The notes beneath the pieces are model-generated. The model had not been told where the DNA came from. It saw only the letters and a program-made list of their open reading frames with translations, and did not search any database. The position numbers and the translations under genes were made by a program. Below, piece after piece: positions 1-8,791 of a stretch of 64,000 nucleotides of DNA (position 1 is its first letter; every line of letters begins with the position of its first letter). The DNA is from an uncultured virus (IMG/VR IMGVR_UViG_3300020148_000038). Taxonomy: Duplodnaviria > Heunggongvirae > Uroviricota > Caudoviricetes. The stretch lies in IMG/VR virus record IMGVR_UViG_3300020148_000038; one strand, given 5' to 3'.

Positions 1-64
1 GATTGAAATATATCAGGAGCGCCCTTTTGTTTACAAAATCTTTTATTGGTATTATCATTGCCTC

Positions 65-385
65 GTGTTTGATACGGATGAACATGTCACGAGACAATGG
101 TTCGCGGTTCGCAAGGCTATCAATGTCGTTGATGCAGAAGACACCGATAGCGCTATCGGTGTCTTAAGAGATATAGTTACAGACTATGACAAAAACCGAA
201 ACTTCCTTTTCCCTTTTATTAGGATAAGTGAACTAATACCTATCGACCAAAAGGGATTATTCCTCGCCCTGTTCGAAGTCTCTTGGGTGCGTGATGCAGA
301 TGAAGCCAAACCGTATGTTGATTGGATGCTCAAGGATTACGCCTCTACTCATCAGAAAAAGATACTGACGAATAGTTCAAGCTGA
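65..385 (+). CDS. hypothetical protein
   Basis: 106-aa ORF; GTG start 6 nt after TTTACA-N17-TATCAT (leaderless). Confidence 0.65.
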   Translation: MFDTDEHVTRQWFAVRKAINVVDAEDTDSAIGVLRDIVTDYDKNRNFLFPFIRISELIPIDQKGLFLALFEVSWVRDADEAKPYVDWMLKDYASTHQKKILTNSSS

Positions 386-604
386 TGATTTGGCTTCGTA
401 TGAATTAATCCAGTCTTGGCATATCTTCTCTGCTCTATTCTTTCCCCATGCGCGGAATATGAACGAGTATTTTGTGCCGTAAAGAGATATATGATGGGCT
501 TTTCCTTCATATCTTCCGAACTTCAACTTGCGCACAGAGAAGTCGCTTTGTTCAATGGTTAGCTCGTCCGTCACCGGATAGCTTGCATTTTCTTTCTCTG
601 TCAC
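377..604 (-). CDS. hypothetical protein
   Basis: 75-aa ORF, GAAAGG SD upstream, co-oriented with 640..1326. Confidence 0.6.
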   Translation of the reverse strand: MTEKENASYPVTDELTIEQSDFSVRKLKFGRYEGKAHHISLYGTKYSFIFRAWGKNRAEKICQDWINSYEAKSSA

Positions 605-639
605 GAATCTGCCTTTCTCTTGTGTTTGATTTTATCAAA

Positions 640-1326
640 TCACAAGTTATGTGGCGATTTTACGGACTTCTTTTCCAATCCTTGTTTTACAGCCCGTATC
701 CAAACATGAGGTTCTGCTATAAACGGGAATGGTGCTCCTGGGTCTATCTGTGAAAAGGTGTAATCAACAACAAAACCGGGCTTGTCGTCTCTAGCCTGAA
801 GGAAGTTTGCGTAATGAACATTCAGTCCGTATGATTCTTGTTCTTCGGGAGTTAATTCCATGAAAATGACTTTGTTCTCATGGAAGTCCATTTCCAATCT
901 GTCGATGGCATCATTTATAGACTCTGAGACGATCACACAGTTGGACTTCGCGTTTTCAGGTGATCGTAAATCCGATAGTGAAGAGATCCAATAATATTCT
1001 TCGCCTTGTGCTTCTAGCGCTTCGTGTCCGTACATATCGATGTTATCTACTGGTGGAAGAAAATCCGGGTTCGCATCCATAGTGAATCGTATTTCTTCAA
1101 CTAGCTCGCTCATAACGGATTTTGCAGGTTCAATGTAGTAGGGGTGGAAGTCGTTGTTGAAATCAAGGAGGTCGTTCACATTAATTTCAAATGGTTCGTC
1201 ACTGACTGTAGAAGATTTCGGGTTAACGGTCACGGTCGAAGCTTCACTTTTGGTTTCATCAGATTCCCATCTTCTTGATACTGGATTGAAATGATATCCG
1301 GGTTGGTTAGCTATTGGTTTCGACAT
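640..1326 (-). CDS. acidic hypothetical protein
   Basis: 228-aa ORF; leaderless start after TGTC-N12-TAAGTT-N6. Confidence 0.75.
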   Translation of the reverse strand: MSKPIANQPGYHFNPVSRRWESDETKSEASTVTVNPKSSTVSDEPFEINVNDLLDFNNDFHPYYIEPAKSVMSELVEEIRFTMDANPDFLPPVDNIDMYGHEALEAQGEEYYWISSLSDLRSPENAKSNCVIVSESINDAIDRLEMDFHENKVIFMELTPEEQESYGLNVHYANFLQARDDKPGFVVDYTFSQIDPGAPFPFIAEPHVWIRAVKQGLEKKSVKSPHNL

Positions 1327-1332
1327 ATGTAT

Positions 1333-1392
1333 AACTTATCAGCAATATGGGACATTCGAGGGTGGTCGCGTGTCATAGGACAGCATTATGAT
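1333..1392. promoter_or_regulatory. divergent pair of TG(T/A)C-N12-TAnnnT promoters
   Basis: minus: TGTC 1354-1351, TAAGTT 1338-1333; plus: TGTC 1371-1374, TATGAT 1387-1392. Confidence 0.7.
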
Positions 1393-1413
1393 TACAGCTA
1401 AAAGGAGTCTTAA

Positions 1414-2205
1414 ATGTCAAACACCGTACCACAACAGAAGGTTGTTTCCAAGAATGGAAGGTCGTTCGTCCAAACTTACCATGTCAACCCCAACGCTAAT
1501 GTTTCTTCACAGAAACGCGATCTTTCTGGAATTGCCCCGTCTGTGCCCAACAAAGGGCACAATGAGTCGCATGCAGACCTCGACCATGCATTAGCATTAT
1601 ACAAAAATCGTTCGTATGGTAATGGTCGTGAACAAGACTTTGTTGATGGTTTTAATGCATGTTATCAAAATGGATTTTCCGATCCCGGACAGGCGTTGCG
1701 AGAAGACGGAAACAGAGACGGTAACAGCGCGGGCTATGCAGGCTATTTTACTGGATTCAGGGCCGCGTTGATAGCAAAGCTTGGACAGGAGCAAGGCAAT
1801 TACTTCACCAACGGTGTTTATCTTAAGACGGATGTGTATTCGGGCGGACTTAGCCAAAGCGATAGTGAGCTATACAAAAACAAAGTGCTTCCCTATAACC
1901 CATTCGTGGCGGGAGATGAAGTATTCATTCCTGCTGGAACCCCGTATGAGACTTCAGACCCTTCTAAGCCTGGTATTCAGTATAGCAAACGTGGACAAAG
2001 GGTTAAGCTGTATTCATCCGATCAGGGGTATGCGGATGTTGCTCTAGGAAGGTGCGAAATAGGAATGCCGATGATTACTGCGGTTGGGTCTTCATCATAT
2101 TACAAGGACTACGTAGTGACTCCCGATGTCATCTTGGCGAACGACCATGAATTGCGTCCTGGGGATTTACGAGACGCTGAAGAAACACTCCGTGGTACTA
2201 TCTAA
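1414..2205 (+). CDS. DKNG-leader family protein (variant leader)
   Basis: N-terminus VPQQKVVSKNGRSFVQTYHV; AAGGAG SD. Confidence 0.8.
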   Translation: MSNTVPQQKVVSKNGRSFVQTYHVNPNANVSSQKRDLSGIAPSVPNKGHNESHADLDHALALYKNRSYGNGREQDFVDGFNACYQNGFSDPGQALREDGNRDGNSAGYAGYFTGFRAALIAKLGQEQGNYFTNGVYLKTDVYSGGLSQSDSELYKNKVLPYNPFVAGDEVFIPAGTPYETSDPSKPGIQYSKRGQRVKLYSSDQGYADVALGRCEIGMPMITAVGSSSYYKDYVVTPDVILANDHELRPGDLRDAEETLRGTI

Positions 2206-2226
2206 AAACTAAGGGTTGAATAACGA

Positions 2227-2277
2227 CACCCCTTTTGGGGTGGTAATACGTATTACCTTTTCATGTATTTATACATG
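2227..2277. repeat. cluster of three palindromes (hairpin plus operator-like sites)
   Basis: CACCCC-tttt-GGGGTG; perfect 16-bp GGTAATACGTATTACC at 2242-2257; CATGTA-ttta-TACATG at 2262-2277. Confidence 0.6.
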
Positions 2278-2335
2278 TATTTATCAATGTAGATGTTATC
2301 CTTAACAAATCACTATTCAAAGGAAACGATTTGTT

Positions 2336-4378
2336 ATGCATTTAGCATCAATACCCAAACGTGATGAAGCAGAAAACTCCATCATGCAGACGATAACCAT
2401 TGCGGTTTCGGCAATTCTCATCGCGGCCGGTTTGGTTACTGCTCCTGGGCTTATCAATAACGCCAGGGACAATAACGCCAGAACCGACCTTGCAAACATT
2501 GCATATGCTCAGGAGTTCTACCTGTCAACTACAGGTCACTACTATGACGTTGACAACACGAACACCTTCTTGACAATCGAACAAGAAATGACGGCAAAGA
2601 GTATTGATAAGGAATCTGCTGTCAACAACCTACAATATGAAGCTCAGAACATCGGGGTCAACGGACTCGGAACATCTGTGAATGTTGCGGCGGATGATGT
2701 AGCGGGCGTTTCTTTCACCTTGTCTGGTGATGTCACGGGTCATGCTGTTGAAACCTGTGAGGGTGTTCCGTACTACCTTCTCAAGGATCAGTCGGCATCG
2801 GGTAAGTGGTTCTACCGTGGCTCCGGTTCTGCCGAAACAAGCAGTGACTTCTCAAAGATTTCCTCTGGAATCCCAGCCAAGGTTCTCGTTGCTTGCCCAG
2901 GTTTCGGTGATGGATTCGGTGAAGCACCATCCGATGACGAAAATCCAACAGATCCGGGTAACAACATCTCGGGAGGACAGGCTTTGCCGCTCAACGTCGG
3001 CTCAACCAAATATGACGACGACATCTACTTTGGGATAAGTGGATACTCTGACGATCCGGACGTTTCGGATTTCGGTGGAGGTAGCTTCTGGAGTCCAGAG
3101 CCGGGTTCTCAAATCTCTCTTTCCTATTACGATTCGGCAACCGATTCTTTGATTGAATTCCTTGACCATGCGTTCTCTTCTACTGAATGGGAAGATGCTT
3201 ATGTTCAATATGACGGCTACAGCAACATGCTTTTCGGTAAGTATGAAGGTGAGTATGTCACGCCTTCTAACGATGCTGATTTCCAAAAGATGCATGATAA
3301 CGGTGGAAGTATGACCTTTACTTCATCCGAAACTGGTGCAGAGATAACAGTTCAATGGAGCGCTCCAAATGCAGAATACATGGATCGCGATCCTGCCTTC
3401 CCTCAGCCTCCTGTTTACTTGGAGCATTGGAGCCAGTTGACACAAGCTCAGATGCAAACATTTGACATCTCTGGTGATGGCATGACTGTTATGACGGTTT
3501 ATTCCAGCAGCACATGTGGAGTAGAACTGCCCGCCGATAACGACGAATGTGGTTACATCTGGTTGTCACATGACGGCGGAGAAACATTTAATGCCATTAA
3601 AGATTTGAATGGCGTGGCGGCTAATTACTATCCGGTCGGCGGTCAGGTTAGCGGCGCTAAACTCTGGATCAAGACATTCCAAAGTAACAACGTAAGATAC
3701 TATACGTCTATTGACAGTGGAAACAGTTGGCAACTTGCTGATGTTCCAACCAATATAGGAATGGGTAACACTCCTGAGTTCGCAGTATCTCCTGACGGAA
3801 CAAGAATAATGGTTGGAAGTGGAACAACAATCCGAGTTTCTACTGGCAGTTCCACATATAACGAGGCAACCATTTCTGGTGCGGTAACCAGATTGGTATG
3901 GGGTGCAGACGGCACACTATATGCCACTTCCAACAGTGGTGGATGGCGCAGTACCAATAATGGTGTTTCATGGTCTGCATTGAGTGGCGTGCCAACTACA
4001 GCTAACGGTGTTGCTGTGAATGGCGACGGTTCTGTTGTGGTAGTTTCGGCGGCTGCACAGGGAATCTACCTATCAACAGATCATGGTGAAACCTTCACCA
4101 GGGTTAACGAAGATGGATGGAACATGCGTTCTGTAGCCATCTCTGCCGATGGACAGAAGATTATTTCTGGTGGTAACAGCGCCGTATTGGTATCTACTGA
4201 TCAGGGTGCGACTTGGAAGCGTCAGGAAGCTCTTGGCGGTACTGACTGGACAAGAGTGCAAGTGGCAGATGATTTCTCACGAATCTATGCGGCGAAAACA
4301 TATTCTTATTCATTCTCCGATTCTGGACTATATGTTCACCTCGAAGGTGATGAGGAATGTGTTGACTATTGTGACTAA
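2336..4378 (+). CDS. pilin-like N-terminus fused to a BNR/Asp-box beta-propeller (putative surface adhesin)
   Basis: hydrophobic helix followed by NARDNNARTDLANIAYAQEFY (type IV pilin-like); five S-x-(D/N)-x-G-x-(T/S)-(W/F) Asp-boxes in the C-terminal half. Confidence 0.7.
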   Translation: MHLASIPKRDEAENSIMQTITIAVSAILIAAGLVTAPGLINNARDNNARTDLANIAYAQEFYLSTTGHYYDVDNTNTFLTIEQEMTAKSIDKESAVNNLQYEAQNIGVNGLGTSVNVAADDVAGVSFTLSGDVTGHAVETCEGVPYYLLKDQSASGKWFYRGSGSAETSSDFSKISSGIPAKVLVACPGFGDGFGEAPSDDENPTDPGNNISGGQALPLNVGSTKYDDDIYFGISGYSDDPDVSDFGGGSFWSPEPGSQISLSYYDSATDSLIEFLDHAFSSTEWEDAYVQYDGYSNMLFGKYEGEYVTPSNDADFQKMHDNGGSMTFTSSETGAEITVQWSAPNAEYMDRDPAFPQPPVYLEHWSQLTQAQMQTFDISGDGMTVMTVYSSSTCGVELPADNDECGYIWLSHDGGETFNAIKDLNGVAANYYPVGGQVSGAKLWIKTFQSNNVRYYTSIDSGNSWQLADVPTNIGMGNTPEFAVSPDGTRIMVGSGTTIRVSTGSSTYNEATISGAVTRLVWGADGTLYATSNSGGWRSTNNGVSWSALSGVPTTANGVAVNGDGSVVVVSAAAQGIYLSTDHGETFTRVNEDGWNMRSVAISADGQKIISGGNSAVLVSTDQGATWKRQEALGGTDWTRVQVADDFSRIYAAKTYSYSFSDSGLYVHLEGDEECVDYCD

Positions 4379-4488
4379 TACCCTGGGTTGACCAACCAAC
4401 CAAATAGCCGGTGTTATCAATGCACCGGCTATTTGGTTTCCTATCTAAACATATTGCTATACAAATGATAATGAGCTATCATTTTGTT

Positions 4489-4695
4489 GTGTCTGTAACG
4501 AAGATGAAGGCTCTGATATACGCGAGTTTCTTACTGGTGTCTACCGCTGTATTTGGATATGTCATGCTCACTCAACCCAATGCCAGCCTGACATCTAATT
4601 TAGTTTTGGCGGGAGTTGCGGGACTTACAAGCGGTGCTGTGGTTCTAACGGCAGCATTGATTTCTCTTTTACTCATAGTAAGGAAGATTGACTGA
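4489..4695 (+). CDS. small two-TM membrane protein
   Basis: two hydrophobic segments; GTG 6 nt after TTGCTA-N17-TATCAT. Confidence 0.6.
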   Translation: MSVTKMKALIYASFLLVSTAVFGYVMLTQPNASLTSNLVLAGVAGLTSGAVVLTAALISLLLIVRKID

Positions 4696-5134
4696 TATGT
4701 CTTTCACACATAAACTTGACGAAGAAAAACGTGAGTTGGTTAGCGAGTATGTTGATGAATCAACTGGTCGCGCATATCGCAAAACTTTAAAATGGGGTGA
4801 AGAAGAATTCGAAGACGCCTTAATGTCCAAAGCCATTGATGCCTTCGAACAAAGCATCCAATCTAAATTGAATAAAGGAACCTTGTTCAACTCGCAAGAA
4901 GGATTTTCACATCTCAAAAAGATAATAAGCATTTTCGGATTTAACTTTTACATCGGTCACATTAAGAATGCTAATTTTGATACGGCAGCTATAGAAATTG
5001 GCTGGGTGAAGATTAGCTATAAAGAGGGCGACAAAACACCCAAGTTGCATCTTACCAAGAAGGATCGATTCTTATTGGGGTTCGGCGGATATCATTCCGC
5101 GAGGTTCTTCATGGTATCAAGGGCAAAGAGTTAA
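4688..5134 (+). CDS. hypothetical protein
   Basis: 148-aa ORF overlapping the upstream stop. Confidence 0.65.
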   Translation: MTDMSFTHKLDEEKRELVSEYVDESTGRAYRKTLKWGEEEFEDALMSKAIDAFEQSIQSKLNKGTLFNSQEGFSHLKKIISIFGFNFYIGHIKNANFDTAAIEIGWVKISYKEGDKTPKLHLTKKDRFLLGFGGYHSARFFMVSRAKS

Positions 5135-5171
5135 TCTTTAACTAATATCCGATTCTTATTAAGGAGTTCAT

Positions 5172-5300
5172 ATGTCTTTCAAGAAAAGACTGATTGAGGA
5201 AATTATGATCACGGGAGCAATGGTTCTTCTTGCGCCCGTGATATTGATTGATGCTTACAAGCTCTCTCGCAAGAGCAAAAGTCAGTCAAGAACAGATTGA
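5172..5300 (+). CDS. 42-aa membrane peptide (not in ORF track)
   Basis: AAGGAG SD; MSFKKRLIEEIMITGAMVLLAPVILIDAYKLSRKSKSQSRTD. Confidence 0.55.
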   Translation: MSFKKRLIEEIMITGAMVLLAPVILIDAYKLSRKSKSQSRTD

Positions 5301-6358
5301 CTAATCTGAAGACACTTTTGGAATCTATCGTCACGGTTAGTTTCGTCAACTATTTCTAGTTCGACTCCGTACTCTTCGTAAAGACCCATCAAGATCTCTC
5401 TATTCTTTCGTCTAGTTTCATCAGTGATGTCGAGACGTGTTCCATCTAACTCGTGTGGATTATGAGGTTCAATCCAAATTCTCTTATCTATCTTGTCTGC
5501 TTGTGCCTTGATAAGTACATCAAGAGCTTCGTGCTTTCTTCCGTATGAGGTGACATGGAAGAATTGTGTGTAGATGAGGTCGGTATCAACGAACAAGACT
5601 TTGTTGGCTGACTTTACAGCTTCGTTGATGAGGTGGCAATGCCCTGCTGCGATGTCAATGTAATCAATCGGATTGTCTATATCCGAGTAGGCGTTCTTAT
5701 CGTCGTAGTAGGTTCTACCGTATTCAGGAACGGCTACAGAGTTGAATGTTTCGGCAAGCATGTTACTCAGATGAGTTTTACCTGACGATTCGATTCCACA
5801 CAGGACAACTCGTTTCGTATAGTGCTTTTGTACCACCTTGGGAAGATAATCCCAATACTTGTATACCCCGCCCTCTCTAATTTGAGTGGCCGAGATATCG
5901 AACATGTCACGTGATTCGTAGAAAACTACGTGTTCTGCTTCTGGCACATATTTGGCGAAGTAGCCATCATACTCATGAGTGTTGCTAAATATGATGTCGA
6001 TATGTCCACCTACCGCTTCTTTCAGTTCTCGGTAGGTTTCCTCAATGAGAGGATCGTTCATATGCTCCGGACTTCTATGTTCGTATTGAGAAAGAACCCG
6101 AATGTTAGGGAAAGCTTTGAAAGACTCAGCGATCCAAGCCTCCCTAACTTTCGGGTCTACCCATTCGAACTTGTCGGTATTCTCAATGAGTTTCCGTTCG
6201 TGCTCTTCGTCGTATTGGACAGCGACAAAGAGGACATCAACCATTGATTGTGCTTTGAGAATGTAACTTTGGTGTCCTTTGTGGAACGGGAAGAACTTCC
6301 CGCCGTAGACCCCTACTTTCTTATTAGCGTATGTAGATACCGAAGGTCCGAAATCCAT
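5282..6358 (-). CDS. nadR: NadR-type bifunctional NMN adenylyltransferase / ribosylnicotinamide kinase (no HTH)
   Basis: GKFFPFHKGH (HxGH) motif; P-loop GIESSGKT; PEYGR and VDTD motifs; adjacent to pnuC. Confidence 0.92.
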   Translation of the reverse strand: MDFGPSVSTYANKKVGVYGGKFFPFHKGHQSYILKAQSMVDVLFVAVQYDEEHERKLIENTDKFEWVDPKVREAWIAESFKAFPNIRVLSQYEHRSPEHMNDPLIEETYRELKEAVGGHIDIIFSNTHEYDGYFAKYVPEAEHVVFYESRDMFDISATQIREGGVYKYWDYLPKVVQKHYTKRVVLCGIESSGKTHLSNMLAETFNSVAVPEYGRTYYDDKNAYSDIDNPIDYIDIAAGHCHLINEAVKSANKVLFVDTDLIYTQFFHVTSYGRKHEALDVLIKAQADKIDKRIWIEPHNPHELDGTRLDITDETRRKNREILMGLYEEYGVELEIVDETNRDDRFQKCLQISQSVLD

Positions 6359-6361
6359 GTT

Positions 6362-7129
6362 TTACTCTTTCTCTAGAACCACTGCATTATCCAACTCGGC
6401 AGCCTTGGAGATCTTGCGCCAGTTGACGTATCCGTAGATAGAGTTCACGAGGAACGCAGTCCACATAGCTGCCAAAGTCCAGTCGTTTCCACCGGAAGAG
6501 ATGAGTGTTGCAAACCACAGAGAGATGGTGAGCACATTTACTACAATCCAGAGAATCCACTGTTCGGCGTACCTGAAAAGCATCAAGAACTGTGCAACGA
6601 TGGAGAGGACAACAGCGGCAGAGTCAAGACGAACCTGCTGAGCGTTGATTGTTTCCAGAAGAACAGCGTATCCAAGAACTGCTACGAGTGTAACGGGAAT
6701 AAGAATGAGCCACTGTTTGAGGGAGAGTCGTTTAGCGTATACATCCTCACCGTTTACAGCTTCTTTACGCTTCTTGCTGTGCTTGAACCACATGTATAGA
6801 CCAACGAATTGGATTGGGAAGTAGAAGAATGCGTTCAACATTGCCTCTCCATAAAGTCCATATCCGTATGATACATATGCATATGTTCCTGCTTGAATAA
6901 GCCCCACATAGAATGTTGCGATCTTTCCCTTGGCCGCGAATACTACACAGAGAATTCCGGCGATAGAAGAAATGAGGCTGATAGGGGAACTTTCCCAGAT
7001 GACAGCCAGGGCGGTGATGACGATGGTGGAGATTGCCAACCAAGCAATCTCGTACTTAGACCAGTCCTTGAAAAGCGATAAGAAGGAGTCCTTGACTCCA
7101 AGTGCAATGCTTGTCATTTTTACTTCCAT
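6362..7129 (-). CDS. pnuC: nicotinamide riboside transporter PnuC
   Basis: multi-TM protein with EQWILWIVVN and NSIYGYVNW motifs; operon with nadR. Confidence 0.92.
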   Translation of the reverse strand: MEVKMTSIALGVKDSFLSLFKDWSKYEIAWLAISTIVITALAVIWESSPISLISSIAGILCVVFAAKGKIATFYVGLIQAGTYAYVSYGYGLYGEAMLNAFFYFPIQFVGLYMWFKHSKKRKEAVNGEDVYAKRLSLKQWLILIPVTLVAVLGYAVLLETINAQQVRLDSAAVVLSIVAQFLMLFRYAEQWILWIVVNVLTISLWFATLISSGGNDWTLAAMWTAFLVNSIYGYVNWRKISKAAELDNAVVLEKE

Positions 7130-7146
7130 TCTGTAATCGTAATATC

Positions 7147-7228
7147 ATACAGAAGGAAATTCCTTTTGCACAAGTCAAGCTTGCATCTCCTTGTTTTCTT
7201 CGAGGCGAAGGAGCTACCCTCTGTATAC
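7147..7228 (-). ncRNA. candidate compact NAD+-II (pnuC motif)-like riboswitch
   Basis: GAGG-GUAGCUCCUUCG-CCUC-GAAGAAAACAA-GGAG H-type pseudoknot at the 5' end of the pnuC leader; alternative 10-bp pairing 7226-7217 with 7156-7147. Confidence 0.5.
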
Positions 7229-7233
7229 GAAAA

Positions 7234-7263
7234 AGTATATCACAGATATTCATTAATAGTCAA
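7234..7263 (-). promoter_or_regulatory. sigma70/SigA-type promoter for pnuC-nadR
   Basis: TTGACT-N18-TATACT. Confidence 0.65.
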
Positions 7264-7276
7264 TAAGACTAAAATG

Positions 7277-7702
7277 TTATTCACGAGAATCTAGAATGCT
7301 CATTATCTTCTGCACTAGTGGTGTGCTATTGAGCCATTCAGCAGGATTTTGCTCCGATATGTTAGATAAACTGTAAACAAAATCCGAGAACTCGGCAGGG
7401 TCTATTTCGGGTATATCCAAAGATGTCATCGATACGTGTACTGCATATCTCAGGAGCGCGCCTAGATAAAAGCTTTCGATGTCTCTAAAGAGAAAGTTTA
7501 AGACGTTACGGAGGTATTCTGTGGTCATCTCTGTCAATACATGTGGCACTCCGTTGACATCAACCCACCATTGGTCTTGCTCGAATACACGTTTATCCAG
7601 ATTACCTGCACCTAGTTGACCAAATGATGTGAAGGGAAATTCTCCTGGCAGTAAGAATCTATCGGCAGGTACGGGAGATGGAAGTAAGTTATGTTCGCTC
7701 AA
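7277..7702 (-). CDS. hypothetical protein
   Basis: 141-aa ORF with WWVDVNG and WLNSTPL motifs. Confidence 0.75.
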   Translation of the reverse strand: MSEHNLLPSPVPADRFLLPGEFPFTSFGQLGAGNLDKRVFEQDQWWVDVNGVPHVLTEMTTEYLRNVLNFLFRDIESFYLGALLRYAVHVSMTSLDIPEIDPAEFSDFVYSLSNISEQNPAEWLNSTPLVQKIMSILDSRE

Positions 7703-8397
7703 GATAACTCCTTAATAAGCACGCCGTCCATGTAGATAGCGTTTTCCTCATATAGATTAAAGTTCTTGTGATCGACATAGTAGCAGAATGAGTAAGTGCC
7801 TGGGATGACATCGAAAACAACGATTTGTTTAAACATTCCGTGTTTATTGTTCGTACCACTATTATTCAAGTACAAGTCGAAATCAGAGATGATGTAATCC
7901 CAATAGCCACCTTTTACTTGTTCAACCAAGTTATAGCCAGCTTGCTGATATATTTCTGGTTCCAGATTAGCGAAGAGAACCGAATTTCTTTCAGAGTTGC
8001 AATATATTTCGGGCGGTACTGGAATCATCTCGTTGATAAAACCGGCAGCTTCACATTCCTTAGCATTTGCGGCTCGTCCTTGTCGGTTGAAAAAGTTTTC
8101 TAATGACTCGCTGTATGTGTTGAGAAGTCCGTTGAAAACAACCATCTTACCGCTGGGGATATCTATCTTGATTTGATGAATTCCGTCGCCTTCATATGTG
8201 CATGGCTCTATCACTGACATCTTGCCATGTACAACTTCGAATTGGGGGACATAAGAGCAATTCGTGCAGCCAATGTATGAAACGGCTTTTCCTTTACCGC
8301 CCTCTATCTCAATTTCAATGCTCTTTATGGATTCGTACAACTCATGTCCGTTTAATACCACCTCGGAAGGTGACACAATGAGGTGCTGTACTTTCAT
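7699..8397 (-). CDS. hypothetical protein
   Basis: 232-aa ORF; leaderless after TTGACA(8432-8427)-N17-TAATAT-N6. Confidence 0.75.
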   Translation of the reverse strand: MKVQHLIVSPSEVVLNGHELYESIKSIEIEIEGGKGKAVSYIGCTNCSYVPQFEVVHGKMSVIEPCTYEGDGIHQIKIDIPSGKMVVFNGLLNTYSESLENFFNRQGRAANAKECEAAGFINEMIPVPPEIYCNSERNSVLFANLEPEIYQQAGYNLVEQVKGGYWDYIISDFDLYLNNSGTNNKHGMFKQIVVFDVIPGTYSFCYYVDHKNFNLYEENAIYMDGVLIKELS

Positions 8398-8487
8398 GGG
8401 AGAATATTAGGTATTTGTACATGATTTGTCAACGTTGTGGCGACATAGTTCACTGTGCTATCATCTCTGCATCAGATTGGCGGAATT

Positions 8488-8760
8488 ATGAAAGATGAAC
8501 CCGTAATAGGCTCAAAGCGAGTTTTCCACACTGTTAGTGAGCGTTATGAAGTTCGCATTCCCAAAGGCTCTTCAGATGAGGTCAAGGAGTCCTACAAACA
8601 GTCTCTCATCAATTATGCTAACGCGATTGGGTATGCTGGAGATCCCATTCTTGAAGAAGTAGAAGATGGTGTCACTGTCTATTATTTAGAGGGTGAATAT
8701 AGCTCTTCTGGTCTTAACTACAACGACATGGTTTATTCGAACATCACGTGGATTGACTAA
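8488..8760 (+). CDS. hypothetical protein
   Basis: ORF starting MKDEPV. Confidence 0.6.
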   Translation: MKDEPVIGSKRVFHTVSERYEVRIPKGSSDEVKESYKQSLINYANAIGYAGDPILEEVEDGVTVYYLEGEYSSSGLNYNDMVYSNITWID

Positions 8761-8791
8761 ACAAACATACGACCGGAAATGACGATAGAAA

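Noticed and set aside
7174..7186. Mini-ORF AUG CAA GCU UGA after the GGAG in the pnuC leader
   Set aside because: The AUG directly abuts the GGAG, too close for SD-led initiation; cannot be supported as a leader peptide.
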